DNA from: Fidelibacterota bacterium
GTDB taxonomy: Bacteria; Fidelibacterota; Marinisomatia; SCGC-AAA003-L08; D37C17
DNA length: 62,528 nt
Assembly: GCA_002719095.1 (NCBI GenBank)
Contig: PBGO01000024.1
Span: 1 to 62,528 of the forward strand
Direction: 5' to 3'
Below the pieces are notes generated by a model. It did not search any database, was not told where the DNA came from, and saw only the letters and a program-made list of their open reading frames with translations. This document shows positions 30,619 to 41,342 of this stretch, one piece after another. A program made the translations under genes and the position numbers. How positions within the stretch are numbered: the first letter of the stretch is position 1; every line of letters begins with the position of its first letter.

Positions 30619-31976
30619 TAATTAAGAATTTCCTTAATTGATTTTTCTAAAAAATCAAAAGCTGTATCAATTTCATAGACATTGACCGTTAAATGTGGTC
30701 TAAATCGAATAGTGTAATCACCAGAAGATAAAATAAGAAGCTTATTCTTCATAGCTTGCGATATAAGTCTATCTCTCTCAGTTGATGATGGTAAATCAAA
30801 CGCGCAAAACAAGCCGCTACCTCTTCCGTTAGAAATATATCCTGGAAAAATATTTTCAAGATTGTTGATTTTTTTTAATAGATAATTGCCCATTTTCTCT
30901 GCATTTTCAATTAGCGACTCACGCTCAATTGTATCAAGAATTATTTTAAATCTAACCATATCGACTAAGCTTCCACCAAAGGTAGAATTTATTCTACTTG
31001 ATTCTGAAAATACATTATTATCAACTTCCTTAATCCGTTCCCCTGCTAAAATTCCACATACTTGAGTTTTCTTACCAAAGGATATAATGTCAGGAAAAGG
31101 AGCATTTTCAACTGGAGGATTACATTGGCAAAGTTTTGGTGTGAAATGCTGGTGTGCCCACATTTTTCCTGTTATCCCAATACCTGTTTGTACTTCATCA
31201 TAAATTAATAGGAATTCGTTCTCATCAGCTAATTTTCTTAATTTTTGGAAAAATCTGCATCTAAAATGATTATCTCCACCCTCTCCTTGAATTGGCTCAA
31301 TTATTAAGCCTGCAATTTGATTTTTGTTTTTTGCTATAGATTCTTTTATCTCAGATACTGCCAATTCTTCCTTAATCTTAACTCTTTCAATAACTTCATC
31401 AGTTTGAGGAAAAGACAAATATGGATTTTCAATTCTTGGCCAGTCAAATTTAGGAAAATACATAGTTTTTCTTGGATCTGATGTATTAGTTAAAGATAAA
31501 GTGTAACCCGTTCTACCATGAAAAGCTTGCTTAAAATGGATAATCTTCATGTCCTCATTAACTGGTATTCCTTTTTCAATATTCTTCCTAATTTTCCAGT
31601 CAAAAGCAACTTTTAAAGCATTTTCAACTGCTAAAGATCCTCCTTCAATGAAAAAAGTGTTTTTAAGGTACTTTGGTATTGCGATTCTATCAAATGTATC
31701 CATAAAATCAGCATATTGCGTACTATAAATATCGGAAAGAGTAGGTTTAAATAAAGATACTTCCATTAGTTTATCTTTTTGCTCTAAAATTGCAGGATGA
31801 TTATAACCAATCGCTCCTGATGCATACATTGAAAACATATCCAGGTATTCTGAACCGTCTCGTTCATCAACCAACCATGAATCATGTGATTTATTTAAAT
31901 CTATAACGGGTTCGAATCCATCAGCTAAAATATTTTTTGCTAATATTTTTCTTACTTCATTTGCTTTTACTGACAT
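30618..31976 (-). CDS. lat: L-lysine 6-transaminase (class III aminotransferase)
   Basis: ILADG, AVENALKVAFDWK, AFHGRTGYTLSLTNT, EPIQGEGGD, DEVQTG, FGKKTQVCG, SRINSTFGG. Confidence 0.9.
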   Translation of the reverse strand: MSVKANEVRKILAKNILADGFEPVIDLNKSHDSWLVDERDGSEYLDMFSMYASGAIGYNHPAILEQKDKLMEVSLFKPTLSDIYSTQYADFMDTFDRIAIPKYLKNTFFIEGGSLAVENALKVAFDWKIRKNIEKGIPVNEDMKIIHFKQAFHGRTGYTLSLTNTSDPRKTMYFPKFDWPRIENPYLSFPQTDEVIERVKIKEELAVSEIKESIAKNKNQIAGLIIEPIQGEGGDNHFRCRFFQKLRKLADENEFLLIYDEVQTGIGITGKMWAHQHFTPKLCQCNPPVENAPFPDIISFGKKTQVCGILAGERIKEVDNNVFSESSRINSTFGGSLVDMVRFKIILDTIERESLIENAEKMGNYLLKKINNLENIFPGYISNGRGSGLFCAFDLPSSTERDRLISQAMKNKLLILSSGDYTIRFRPHLTVNVYEIDTAFDFLEKSIKEILN

Positions 31977-31979
31977 AAT

Positions 31980-33497
31980 TTACTCCAAGTTAAATTTTAT
32001 ACCCTGTGCAAGTGGAAGATCTTTGCTCCAATTAATCGTGTTAGTTTGACGTCTCATATATGCTTTCCATGAATCAGATCCCGATTCTCTTCCTCCTCCA
32101 GTATCTTTCTCGCCTCCAAAAGCACCTCCAATTTCAGCTCCTGATGTGCCAATGTTTACATTTGCAATACCACAATCACTTCCGGCACTGGAAAGAAATT
32201 TTTCTGAATTTATTATATTATCTGTAAAAATTGATGATGATAAGCCTTGCTTAACATCATTATGTTTTTTGATGGCATCTTCTAAACTATCGTATTCAAT
32301 TACGTACAAAATTGGAGCAAATGTCTCATCCTGTACGATACTAAACTCGTTTTTTGCCTTGATTATTGTAGGTTCAACAAAACATCCTGTTTGATCTAGC
32401 ACGTTGCCACCATAAAGCACTTGACCTCCTTGCTTTACTGCTTTTGAAATTGCGATTTTATATGAATCTATAGCATCTTGGTCAATAACCGGACCCATTA
32501 AGGTATCTTTTTGGAGAGGATCTCCGATTTTAACTTGCTTGTAAGCGGAAACTAATTTGCTAGTTATAAGCTCAAACTGACTATTATGAATGAATACTCT
32601 TCTAGTTGATGTACACCTTTGGCCCGCTGTTCCAACAGCTCCAAAAACAATAGCTGGAATAACCAAATCTAAATTACTCTCTTTATCAACAATAATTGCA
32701 TTGTTTCCTCCAAGCTCAAGGATTGTCTTACCAAGTCTAGAGGCAACTTTCCTTGAAACAATTTTTCCCATTTTTGTTGATCCAGTAGCAGAAATCAAAG
32801 GGATTCTTTCATCATTAACAAGCTGTTCGCCAATTTCATTATCTTCGCCTATTACCAAGTTAAAAATACCTTCATAATTATTTATTTTTAGAACTTCGTT
32901 ACATATATTTTGAACAGCAATCGAACAAAGAGGAGTTTTGAGGGACGGTTTCCATATAACTACATCTCCACAAACTGCTGCAATAAAAGCATTCCATGCC
33001 CATACTGCCATTGGAAAATTAAATGCTGTTATCACTCCAACATTGCCCAAAGGATGCCATTGCTCATACATTCTGTGAAATGGTCTTTCAGAATGCATCG
33101 TGAGGCCGTAAAGTTGTCTTGATAATCCTACGGCAAAATCAGCCAGATCTATCATTTCTTGAACCTCTCCATCACCCTCTGATTTTATTTTTCCCATTTC
33201 TAAAGCAATCAAACTTCCAAGAACGTCCTTATTTTCTCTAAGTTTCAAAGATATTTGATATATTAAATCTCCTCTTTTAGGAGCTGGAATCATTCGCCAT
33301 TTTTCAAACGCTTTACTGGAAGATGATATAATTTTTTCATAAATAGATTTATCGGCTAATTGAATTTTTGATATCTCATTGCCTGAAGAAGGATTAATAG
33401 AAGAAATAACTTTGTTATTTTTGCAATCAAGCCATTCTCCCCCGCCAATACAGGCTCCACTGTTAATACTATTAATCTTTAAAGAATCAAGATTCAT
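31980..33497 (-). CDS. Alpha-aminoadipate semialdehyde / P6C dehydrogenase (ALDH7 family)
   Basis: [56 protein letters not shown]; adjacent to lat. Confidence 0.9.
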   Translation of the reverse strand: MNLDSLKINSINSGACIGGGEWLDCKNNKVISSINPSSGNEISKIQLADKSIYEKIISSSSKAFEKWRMIPAPKRGDLIYQISLKLRENKDVLGSLIALEMGKIKSEGDGEVQEMIDLADFAVGLSRQLYGLTMHSERPFHRMYEQWHPLGNVGVITAFNFPMAVWAWNAFIAAVCGDVVIWKPSLKTPLCSIAVQNICNEVLKINNYEGIFNLVIGEDNEIGEQLVNDERIPLISATGSTKMGKIVSRKVASRLGKTILELGGNNAIIVDKESNLDLVIPAIVFGAVGTAGQRCTSTRRVFIHNSQFELITSKLVSAYKQVKIGDPLQKDTLMGPVIDQDAIDSYKIAISKAVKQGGQVLYGGNVLDQTGCFVEPTIIKAKNEFSIVQDETFAPILYVIEYDSLEDAIKKHNDVKQGLSSSIFTDNIINSEKFLSSAGSDCGIANVNIGTSGAEIGGAFGGEKDTGGGRESGSDSWKAYMRRQTNTINWSKDLPLAQGIKFNLE

Positions 33498-33508
33498 CGA
33501 TCCCCCCC

Positions 33509-34381
33509 TTATATTTTATCACTAATATTATTTTTATTTCTTTTAAATGTAAAATAACCTATCAATACTAAAATTACTACTATCATAGCACCGAAAGTTC
33601 CATAATAATAATCTTGAGTACTATATTTTATCAAATCATCAAACCTACCTATCAACAAAGAGATTCTTCCCATAACAGTAAACCCAAAAGAAGCACCGAA
33701 CGAAATCATGAGAAAATAAATACCTACTTTACTCACCTTACCTAAAGCCCCTTCATGCTTTTTCGAGAAGAAAAAATATACCAATGCACTAATAGTTCCA
33801 ACAATTAAAATTGTACTATTTAAAAAAGCAGAAAAACTTTCTAAAGACATGTCATTCTGAACACCTATAACTTGAGCTAATATATCTGAATTCAAATAAC
33901 TGAAAGCTCTCAAACCTGCAAATACGCCTACAATGTAAGCAATTGAATATCTTGCTAACCATGACAGGGAAGGTATTAACCTAAATAACATAAGCATTCC
34001 AAGTATGAGGGGGATTATGTAGCTAAAATATATTTTAGGTTCTGAAGGAGAAACATCTATTCCACCTGGAGATATCAAAGAAGGCTCTAAATAGCCAAAT
34101 AAAGTAGTGACATTAAAACCTAAATTATAAATTCCATACCATATATCAACTATAATGCTTGAATCACTTGAATCTGGCAACTTTGGCCATAGTTTGCCGA
34201 TTAAACTCGGTCTCAAAAATTGCCAATAAGCAAGAACTACTCCATAACCCGCCGAAACGCCAGCAAATAAATGTTCTGCAGCCTTATATAGTGGATTATC
34301 ATTGAATAAAAAACTAAGTATTGATAAAGTCAAAAAAGCTGATATCCATGCTGTGAGTATATCTGAACCAATCATTGTCAT
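33509..34381 (-). CDS. Multi-pass membrane protein of the GlmL-associated cluster
   Basis: Multiple TM segments; SFL..DNPLYK.AEH.F.GVSAGY and FGASFG.TVMGR.SLL. Confidence 0.75.
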   Translation of the reverse strand: MTMIGSDILTAWISAFLTLSILSFLFNDNPLYKAAEHLFAGVSAGYGVVLAYWQFLRPSLIGKLWPKLPDSSDSSIIVDIWYGIYNLGFNVTTLFGYLEPSLISPGGIDVSPSEPKIYFSYIIPLILGMLMLFRLIPSLSWLARYSIAYIVGVFAGLRAFSYLNSDILAQVIGVQNDMSLESFSAFLNSTILIVGTISALVYFFFSKKHEGALGKVSKVGIYFLMISFGASFGFTVMGRISLLIGRFDDLIKYSTQDYYYGTFGAMIVVILVLIGYFTFKRNKNNISDKI

Positions 34382-35217
34382 TTACTACCGTCCCTGGCAT
34401 TAAGGAATATGTACGTTATATTTCCTATAATTATTAGGATTACAATTAATATGTGTGCAAAGGATTGTGGTGTCATATTTTTTGAAGCAGGACCATAAAC
34501 TCCATTAAGACTTTCATAACTCGCAGCTCCTGATAACCCAGCTAATATTCCTTGAAGCTGACCACTATTTACATATGGTAAAAGCTCAGTTACTTGAACT
34601 GCTGTTACACCAGTTGTAACTTTAATTTTTTTCCCATCACACTGTGTTGCACTCTGGTCTCCAGCAAATTGAACCCATTCTTTCGATCCAGGACTTCCGG
34701 CTGAAAAAGATACAATGAAGTCATAATCACATAAATTTTTAACTTTATTTTTTGCTTCAGGAAAAATCTTTGGAATATCTGAAAGCATACCTTTGATAAC
34801 TGCTTCTCCACCAGGTGCGTATCCAAGCTCAAAAATATTCTCATTTAAATTTATACCCAAGTCTTGCAATTCTGAATCGGACTTGATTTTATTAATTGTT
34901 TGAGTCATCATACCCATACCTGTTGGAAAAAGAGCTGATAAATGTACTTCGTTTCCTGATAACAAAACTTGTTTCATTATAGCAAATGACATTGGTCCCA
35001 ATTCAGGTTCGGTACTTGGTCCATAATCAAATGAAAGGAGTATTTTTTTATCTTTTTCATTAAATGTTTTTTCAATAGCTTTGTGAGCTGTTGCTGCATA
35101 TTCATCTGGTTCAATTGGTAATTGAATTTCTAAAAGCATAGGTGAAATGACTGCAACTGCTAAAAGCAAGTAGATTATTCGACTATCAATATTATTTAAA
35201 ATTTTTAATATATTCAT
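34378..35217 (-). CDS. Membrane protein with soluble alpha/beta domain (GlmL-associated cluster)
   Basis: N- and C-terminal TM segments; SFDYGPSTEPEL, PYVNSGQL.G...GL.GAA.YE. Confidence 0.75.
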   Translation of the reverse strand: MNILKILNNIDSRIIYLLLAVAVISPMLLEIQLPIEPDEYAATAHKAIEKTFNEKDKKILLSFDYGPSTEPELGPMSFAIMKQVLLSGNEVHLSALFPTGMGMMTQTINKIKSDSELQDLGINLNENIFELGYAPGGEAVIKGMLSDIPKIFPEAKNKVKNLCDYDFIVSFSAGSPGSKEWVQFAGDQSATQCDGKKIKVTTGVTAVQVTELLPYVNSGQLQGILAGLSGAASYESLNGVYGPASKNMTPQSFAHILIVILIIIGNITYIFLNARDGSK

Positions 35218-36021
35218 TTAATCGCCTAAAAATGATTTATCTTTTCCAAAAATTATTCTCAATGATGTTGCTACTATACCAAGGGCAACACCAATCATAA
35301 TAGCTTTCTTTCCCGCTACTGTTGGATAAGCAATTATCCACAAGGATATAGACTTTGAGCTCAATTCAGGGCTCCAAAAAAACATAGAAAAGCCTGAAAT
35401 AATTATTGTAATAATAAAAGATTTAATCAAAATATCTTTTGAAGTAAAAATGGGAGATAAGAACGCAAAAATTAGTGAAATTATAATGAAAACAAACATC
35501 CACGAGGGAATATATGATCCTACTGGAACTGCTCCAATCATGACTAATACACCAGCTGTTAGCAAAAGAGATGCTTCAAAGTTTCTAATCCTAAAAGCCC
35601 TGTAAGAAGCAGATGCAACAAAAAAAGCTAATAATGCAAACATTGTAGCGTCTAATGGTTTAAATAATGAATCAAACATCCAAGTGAAAAGTGAATTTGG
35701 ATCCTGTATGTGCTCTCCCCAGTTCTTTTGATTACCATTACCTCTGTACAAAAATCCAGAGAAAATCATTAGACCAAACCCTACAAGAAGTATCATACTG
35801 TATCCATAATCTGATTTTTTATAAACTAATTTGGTAAAATGCATTTTCAATAAATTAAAAGCACCTAAAAATATTGCAAATGCGGCTATAATATCGAACC
35901 ATAATAGTGAATCTTGTTCAACCCAATCTCCAACTGATTCAATTTTTATAAAATGTGCTATTAGTGTCAGTAACCCTATACTAACCATTATAATTACGGG
36001 AAGTTGACGTTTAAAAAACAT
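35218..36021 (-). CDS. Multi-pass membrane protein (GlmL-associated cluster)
   Basis: Multiple TM segments; TMFALLAFFVASASYRAFR, IGVALG..ATSLRII.G.D. Confidence 0.75.
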   Translation of the reverse strand: MFFKRQLPVIIMVSIGLLTLIAHFIKIESVGDWVEQDSLLWFDIIAAFAIFLGAFNLLKMHFTKLVYKKSDYGYSMILLVGFGLMIFSGFLYRGNGNQKNWGEHIQDPNSLFTWMFDSLFKPLDATMFALLAFFVASASYRAFRIRNFEASLLLTAGVLVMIGAVPVGSYIPSWMFVFIIISLIFAFLSPIFTSKDILIKSFIITIIISGFSMFFWSPELSSKSISLWIIAYPTVAGKKAIMIGVALGIVATSLRIIFGKDKSFLGD

Positions 36022-36868
36022 ATATGCCCCAATAAGATAAAACTTTAAGTATCGAAAGTAATATTATAGAGATAATTATAATAAATTTGACTAAATCTTG
36101 TCCACGTACACTCCCCAGTAAGTCTTTCCTACCTGAAAGAATTGCACTGGCTGTTAAAAATTCTTCACCGATTAGCGTGTAGTCGCAGGCAGTTACAAAA
36201 AAAGGTATCTGGGATGAGGAACCTGTACCTGCTATTTGAATTGCACCAATTCTGTTTCCAGTTTCAGCTAATAATAGAGATTCTGCATAAAACTTACCTT
36301 GATAGATACATGCGGCGGGTTTCTCTCTTATCATTATTCCATTTATTCCAGCAGCATATGCAAATTGATCCTCTGCTAAATAATGCACCATGTCATTGTG
36401 ATAAAGATCTGGCCTACCCACTTGTAAATATGATTCCTTACAGATTTCTCGCGCTGCTTCCATCACGATTGATTTTGAAACGGGTACATTAAGATCTGTT
36501 TCATATTCGGCAGTAATTTTTGCTACATGCCCAAGAATATTAATACCCGCAATTGTTTCAACTTCATTCAAATCAAGTATTCCAGGAACAAACAATACTG
36601 GCTTTCCCATTTCTGTAGCTCTGCCAACAGCTTCTTCCATAGCTTTGATTCCGGCAATTTCCCTAATGAAAATCTCATTTCCAGACTCGGCCCAAAAGAC
36701 AGAAGTCATAAGTATATTTGAAACAACTATTAACAAAAAAAACATCGGCATATTATCTGATTTAAAAATCATATTTATCCAGTATATATCCAATATAAAA
36801 AACAAAGATATCAAAATACTTAAGGCAAAAGTTATCTGAACTTTTGAATTTCTAATCAGTTCAGTCAT
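36011..36868 (-). CDS. DUF6754-like membrane protein
   Basis: IR.IAGI.A.EEAVGRATEMGKP, AESLLLAETG, PFFVTACDYTLIGEE; start set at ATG 36868. Confidence 0.75.
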   Translation of the reverse strand: MTELIRNSKVQITFALSILISLFFILDIYWINMIFKSDNMPMFFLLIVVSNILMTSVFWAESGNEIFIREIAGIKAMEEAVGRATEMGKPVLFVPGILDLNEVETIAGINILGHVAKITAEYETDLNVPVSKSIVMEAAREICKESYLQVGRPDLYHNDMVHYLAEDQFAYAAGINGIMIREKPAACIYQGKFYAESLLLAETGNRIGAIQIAGTGSSSQIPFFVTACDYTLIGEEFLTASAILSGRKDLLGSVRGQDLVKFIIIISIILLSILKVLSYWGIYVF

Positions 36869-37118
36869 TTTCAGAGCTCTCAATTTTAGTAATGAAATTT
36901 TCAACGTTATTTCGATCGGATAATAATTTTGATATCTGATAATATTTTTTCGAATTTAGAAAAATAGTAGCAAGTGGGCCCGCAACAATCATTGCCTGAC
37001 TAAAAGTAAAAGAAAGATATTTAAACATTTCAAGAAAAAAAACAGCTGGGACAGACATTCCTTTATCTTTAATTGTTTTTGCATAAGAATTCATAATATC
37101 AATATTATCGTTTTTCAT
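36861..37118 (-). CDS. Small hypothetical protein (GlmL-associated cluster)
   Basis: Translationally coupled on both sides; VPAVFFLE..K.L. Confidence 0.7.
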   Translation of the reverse strand: MKNDNIDIMNSYAKTIKDKGMSVPAVFFLEMFKYLSFTFSQAMIVAGPLATIFLNSKKYYQISKLLSDRNNVENFITKIESSEND

Positions 37119-38216
37119 CTAGTCTAATATTATCTCTAGATTAGCCCTTGGAACAAGCTTTCTTTCATTATTATCGAACTCTACTTCAGCAATTCTTGCT
37201 TTAGTTTCAGATTCTATCATAACCGGTTCAGATGGCAATTTCATAACTATACCTATTTTTCCAAAATAAGGTTCTCTAATGACTCTAACATTTGAGCCTT
37301 CCTTGATCACTAAGTCATTCTCATCAAAAGACTTAATGAAGTCTTTTTTATTTGGTGACGGTATTATTACTTCAGGGCGAATTACTCCTGCCCTAATTTG
37401 CGTAGCCCCATTTATTGATACTTTTGATTTATTATATTTTTTTAACAACTCAAAGGTTTTGGAAGACATCTCTACATCACCAAAACCTTCTGTAATTACT
37501 AATGTTGTCGAAATATTCTCAGTGCCCGTAATTGCAACCCCTAACCTATATCCCAAAATATCGCTCAATGATTTATAATCAAAACCACCAGCAACGACAC
37601 CTAACGCTCCTTTTCTTGATAATGAGTCGTACTTTTTTTTATTTATAGAACCTCTTATCACAACTATCTTTCCTTCAAAATCTTCAGATACTTGATCGTC
37701 CAAGAAAAGTAATTCACCCTTTTTTTCACCGCCGACTCCTATGATTCCTTGGACGAGACATCCTTCTGACCTGACAACTACACCTTCATTATTAATAATT
37801 TCTTTGATTTCTCCATCAATATAAGCATCAATCTCAATTGGAATATCAGGTTCAGATATCATAATTTGACCTGTTGTTGTTGAAATATTTGATATTTTAC
37901 CCTCAATAGGGCTTTTTACCTGTGTCTTAAAAAATCCAAATAGACCTTTATTTTCAGCTATCACTTCATCTTTTTTTACATGCTGATTAATTTTAACAAT
38001 TAAGTAATCTTTTAATGACGAAGCATCTATATTGAGTTGACTTGCAATATTAATCATATGAATGTTTCCAGGTAATTTAGTTGATGCAACAATAGTATCA
38101 TTATTTACAAAATCGCCTTTATTGCAATTAATATCTCCTTTTAATGGAAGTTTGCGTTCCCTTTCGATTTCTGTGTTATTTAAGATTTTTAATCCAGGTG
38201 TGTATGATTTAGCCAT
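37119..38216 (-). CDS. Protein with barrel-sandwich hybrid repeats and C-terminal KOW-like domain
   Basis: YTPGL; V.....VKKDEVIAE...VKSPIEGKI (hybrid motif); GATQIRAGVIRPE; GSNVRVIREPYFG.IG.V. Confidence 0.75.
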   Translation of the reverse strand: MAKSYTPGLKILNNTEIERERKLPLKGDINCNKGDFVNNDTIVASTKLPGNIHMINIASQLNIDASSLKDYLIVKINQHVKKDEVIAENKGLFGFFKTQVKSPIEGKISNISTTTGQIMISEPDIPIEIDAYIDGEIKEIINNEGVVVRSEGCLVQGIIGVGGEKKGELLFLDDQVSEDFEGKIVVIRGSINKKKYDSLSRKGALGVVAGGFDYKSLSDILGYRLGVAITGTENISTTLVITEGFGDVEMSSKTFELLKKYNKSKVSINGATQIRAGVIRPEVIIPSPNKKDFIKSFDENDLVIKEGSNVRVIREPYFGKIGIVMKLPSEPVMIESETKARIAEVEFDNNERKLVPRANLEIILD

Positions 38217-38217
38217 T

Positions 38218-40059
38218 TTATAGATTTATCTTTTTTGTTATGTTATTAGATTTAGAATCAAAATTTAGAACTTTTACTTCATCGTACCATTCTTTGAGCT
38301 TTTCTTTATTTGGAATAATAAGTTGATTGTTAGATTGTCTGAGTCTACCGTCAAAAAGAATTCCAACCTCTCCTCCAAAAATATCAGTATGAATTTTTTG
38401 CCCATAACCATTTCCTAAATCAACATCATTTTTTGGAGTTAATGTAATCTTTACCGCTTCGTATTTAACTGGTATCAGCTTAAGCTCATTAGACTTAATT
38501 AAACCAGAGTATTTTTTATTTTCATAATTAAACTCATACTCAAATAGATTAAAATTACCTGATTTACGTTTTGATATTGGATTGACAGAAGAACCTAGCC
38601 TAACCAAACAATCCCGTTCAAACACTTCTAATGCTGCATTAGTATGAATACTTGACAAGACACCTAATTGAGGCATCATAAAAATAGAATCAACAGCTAT
38701 TTGAGTTATACCAAGTGGCTTAAAGGAATCAACCATCATTAGAAAAGATTGACTTCTTCGCGGCGCGTGAGATAAAACACCTCCAGAACCAACAATTAAG
38801 TCAAGTTCAAACATATCTACAAGAGTTTTACCGGAAGCACTTTGTCTAAAAGCATCAGATATTGTTCTTTCTTGTTGCACCCCTTTCAAAGAAACAGCAA
38901 ACTGCTTATGTTGATAAAATGATAGACTCAGTGCTTCTCGAGCCAAAGATTGCTCAATGATTAGTTCTTCCATACTCTGTGGAATTGTTGTGGGCCTAAT
39001 CATTTTATTTGCAACACGATTTGTTAAATCTATATCATCAATTTCAAAAGGAAGCCATCTAGCAATAGAATCATATCCCGACTCTGCTAAAACATTGCAT
39101 ATAGAATAACTCATTCCAAGATTTGCGCTAACTGTTCTGTTAAAAATCCCTTTAAAAACAGAAAAAACATCTGTAGTAGCTCCTCCAATATCGACCCCTA
39201 CTACCGAAATTTTATTTTCCGTTGCAATCTGCTTAATTATCTCTCCTACAGCTCCAGGTGTTGGCATAATTGGAGCATCTGTCCAACTCATTAATTTTTC
39301 ATAGCCAGGCGCTTGAGCCATTACATGCTCCATGAATAAGTCATGTATTTTATCTCTGCTGGGCTGCAAATTTTCTTTTTCAAGCGTAGGACGTATATTA
39401 TCGACAATTTGAAGATCGGTATTTTTTTCTAATTTATCTTTGATTTCATTTCTAGCATTTTTATTCCCTGCATATATAATTGGAATTTTAAATTCTAACC
39501 CAAGTCTTGGCTTGGGGTTTGCTGACTCTAATACCTCTGCAAGCTTGACAACATGAGAAATTGTACCTCCATCAATTCCTCCAGATAACAAAATCATATC
39601 TGGACGTAGATCACGTATTCTTTTAACTTTTTCATGGAATAATCGTCTGTCATTTGAAGCTAATACATCCATTACAATTGAACCTGCACCAAGTGCTGCC
39701 CTTTGAGCGCTCTCAGCAGTCATCGATTTAACAACTCCAGCAACCATCATTTGAAGCCCACCTCCAGCTGAACTTGTAGATATATAAATATCAATTCCTA
39801 AATCATCTTCTAATGATGGGGTAATAATTTTATTTTTATCTAAAATTTTTATCCCTGATAACTCTTCAAGCTCAATAATTGAGTTGATTACCCCTTTAGT
39901 GACATCCTCAAAAGGTTCTTCAACAGTTGTTGGCGCTTCACCTCTGTGGGTAAGTTGAAAAATACCATCAATCTTTTGAATTAAAATAGCTTTTGTGGTT
40001 GTTGAACCACAGTCAGTAGCTAAAATAGATTTAATATTTTTTATATCTTTTACTTTCAT
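38218..40059 (-). CDS. GlmL/MutL-family (glutamate mutase L-like) ASKHA ATPase
   Basis: ATDCGSTTTK (phosphate 1), TSSAGGGL, LLSGGIDGG, MPTPGAV, VDIGGATTDVFS (phosphate 2), GSGGVLSH. Confidence 0.88.
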   Translation of the reverse strand: MKVKDIKNIKSILATDCGSTTTKAILIQKIDGIFQLTHRGEAPTTVEEPFEDVTKGVINSIIELEELSGIKILDKNKIITPSLEDDLGIDIYISTSSAGGGLQMMVAGVVKSMTAESAQRAALGAGSIVMDVLASNDRRLFHEKVKRIRDLRPDMILLSGGIDGGTISHVVKLAEVLESANPKPRLGLEFKIPIIYAGNKNARNEIKDKLEKNTDLQIVDNIRPTLEKENLQPSRDKIHDLFMEHVMAQAPGYEKLMSWTDAPIMPTPGAVGEIIKQIATENKISVVGVDIGGATTDVFSVFKGIFNRTVSANLGMSYSICNVLAESGYDSIARWLPFEIDDIDLTNRVANKMIRPTTIPQSMEELIIEQSLAREALSLSFYQHKQFAVSLKGVQQERTISDAFRQSASGKTLVDMFELDLIVGSGGVLSHAPRRSQSFLMMVDSFKPLGITQIAVDSIFMMPQLGVLSSIHTNAALEVFERDCLVRLGSSVNPISKRKSGNFNLFEYEFNYENKKYSGLIKSNELKLIPVKYEAVKITLTPKNDVDLGNGYGQKIHTDIFGGEVGILFDGRLRQSNNQLIIPNKEKLKEWYDEVKVLNFDSKSNNITKKINL

Positions 40060-40883
40060 ACAATGTATCTTAATAATAAATACAAATACAAAACAGGCGA
40101 CGCAAAGCTTAAAGAATCAAATCTATCTAATAAACCTCCGTGACCTTGCAAAATGTTGCTCGTATCTTTAATATTTCTTTCTCGTTTAAATGAAGATTCA
40201 AGCAAATCTCCTATCTGACCCAAAACCCCAAAAATCAGGCCAAATACAATATAATCTAAAATATTAAAATTTGAGATAGGAATAAAAGTGTAAAATATCA
40301 AAACTATGAACATACTACCAATAGTTCCTGACATTGCGCCAAACCAGGTTTTATTTGGACTCAAAGAAGGACTTAATTTTTTTCTACCATATTTTTTACC
40401 AAAGAAAAAAGCAAAAGTATCGCATGTCCATATTGAAATAAACATCATATATGTGATATTTAGCCCTATATCTAAATTTCGAACAAGAACTAAGCTACCA
40501 ATACAAACACCAATAAAAACTACACCAAAAATGGAATTTGATAATGTTTTTAGTGGTTTCTTGGTTACGCAAATTGTTGACATTAATGAGCCTATCAACA
40601 AATGGATAACTATAACTATAGCAACGAAAGATGTGGACTTAAAATTATATAATGTTAAAAATAAACCACATATGCTCACGAAATTTAAGTTTTTGATGTG
40701 TTTATATTGTGTTTCGGTTAAACTATTCCACTCAACCGTTGATAAAATCATGATTATAAATACTAGAATTGAAAAAACAGGGATTGTGATAATCGAATCA
40801 TCGCCCAAAAAAATACAAGTCAAAAGAAAAGGAATACCTATTAAATTGACGATTGTTCTTGAACTATTTGACTTATTTTTCAT
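40056..40883 (-). CDS. cdsA: Phosphatidate cytidylyltransferase
   Basis: WTCDTFAF, SPNKTW.G, GDLLES.FKR...IKD...ILQGHGGLLDRFDS. Confidence 0.95.
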   Translation of the reverse strand: MKNKSNSSRTIVNLIGIPFLLTCIFLGDDSIITIPVFSILVFIIMILSTVEWNSLTETQYKHIKNLNFVSICGLFLTLYNFKSTSFVAIVIVIHLLIGSLMSTICVTKKPLKTLSNSIFGVVFIGVCIGSLVLVRNLDIGLNITYMMFISIWTCDTFAFFFGKKYGRKKLSPSLSPNKTWFGAMSGTIGSMFIVLIFYTFIPISNFNILDYIVFGLIFGVLGQIGDLLESSFKRERNIKDTSNILQGHGGLLDRFDSLSFASPVLYLYLLLRYIV

Positions 40884-41342
40884 TTATTTTAAGTGATGCA
40901 TGTATTTATTATCTCCCCATTCAATAACCTTAATTTCAACATTTGCTGTACCTTGATTAATGAAATCTAATTTTTTAGCAGCCCCATAAGAGCAATCCAA
41001 AATACGGTTGCCTACATACGGCCCCCTATCATTAATTCTTAAAATTAATGATTTACCGTTGTCTAAATTAGTTACTCTTGCAACAGTATTAAAAGGAATC
41101 TCTTTGTGAGCAGCTGTGACTCCGTACATATCGAATACCTCACCATTCGCAGTAAGCTTTCCGTGAAAATTTGGACCATAATAAGATGCTACTCCCCTAA
41201 AAATAGTTTTACTTTTATTGAATCCACTACTTTTTTTGATAGCTTTCTGATTTTCATTTGGTACGTTAGTTGAATTGTACCTTGGAGATGGAGCGCAAGA
41301 TGAGTATATAAAAAGAAAGATAATTAAAATAAAATTACGCAT
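40884..41342 (-). CDS. rlpA: Septal ring lytic transglycosylase RlpA-family lipoprotein
   Basis: Lipobox YSSC, GVASYYG..FHG..TANGE, TAAHK, INDRGPY. Confidence 0.93.
   Translation of the reverse strand: MRNFILIIFLFIYSSCAPSPRYNSTNVPNENQKAIKKSSGFNKSKTIFRGVASYYGPNFHGKLTANGEVFDMYGVTAAHKEIPFNTVARVTNLDNGKSLILRINDRGPYVGNRILDCSYGAAKKLDFINQGTANVEIKVIEWGDNKYMHHLK

Noticed and set aside
33498..33510. G7 tract as a phase-variation site
   Set aside because: Short, intergenic and positioned as the Shine-Dalgarno of the ALDH gene
40306..40896. 196-aa plus-strand ORF and the many other antisense ORFs in the track
   Set aside because: Shadows of well-supported genes on the opposite strand, with no recognisable motifs
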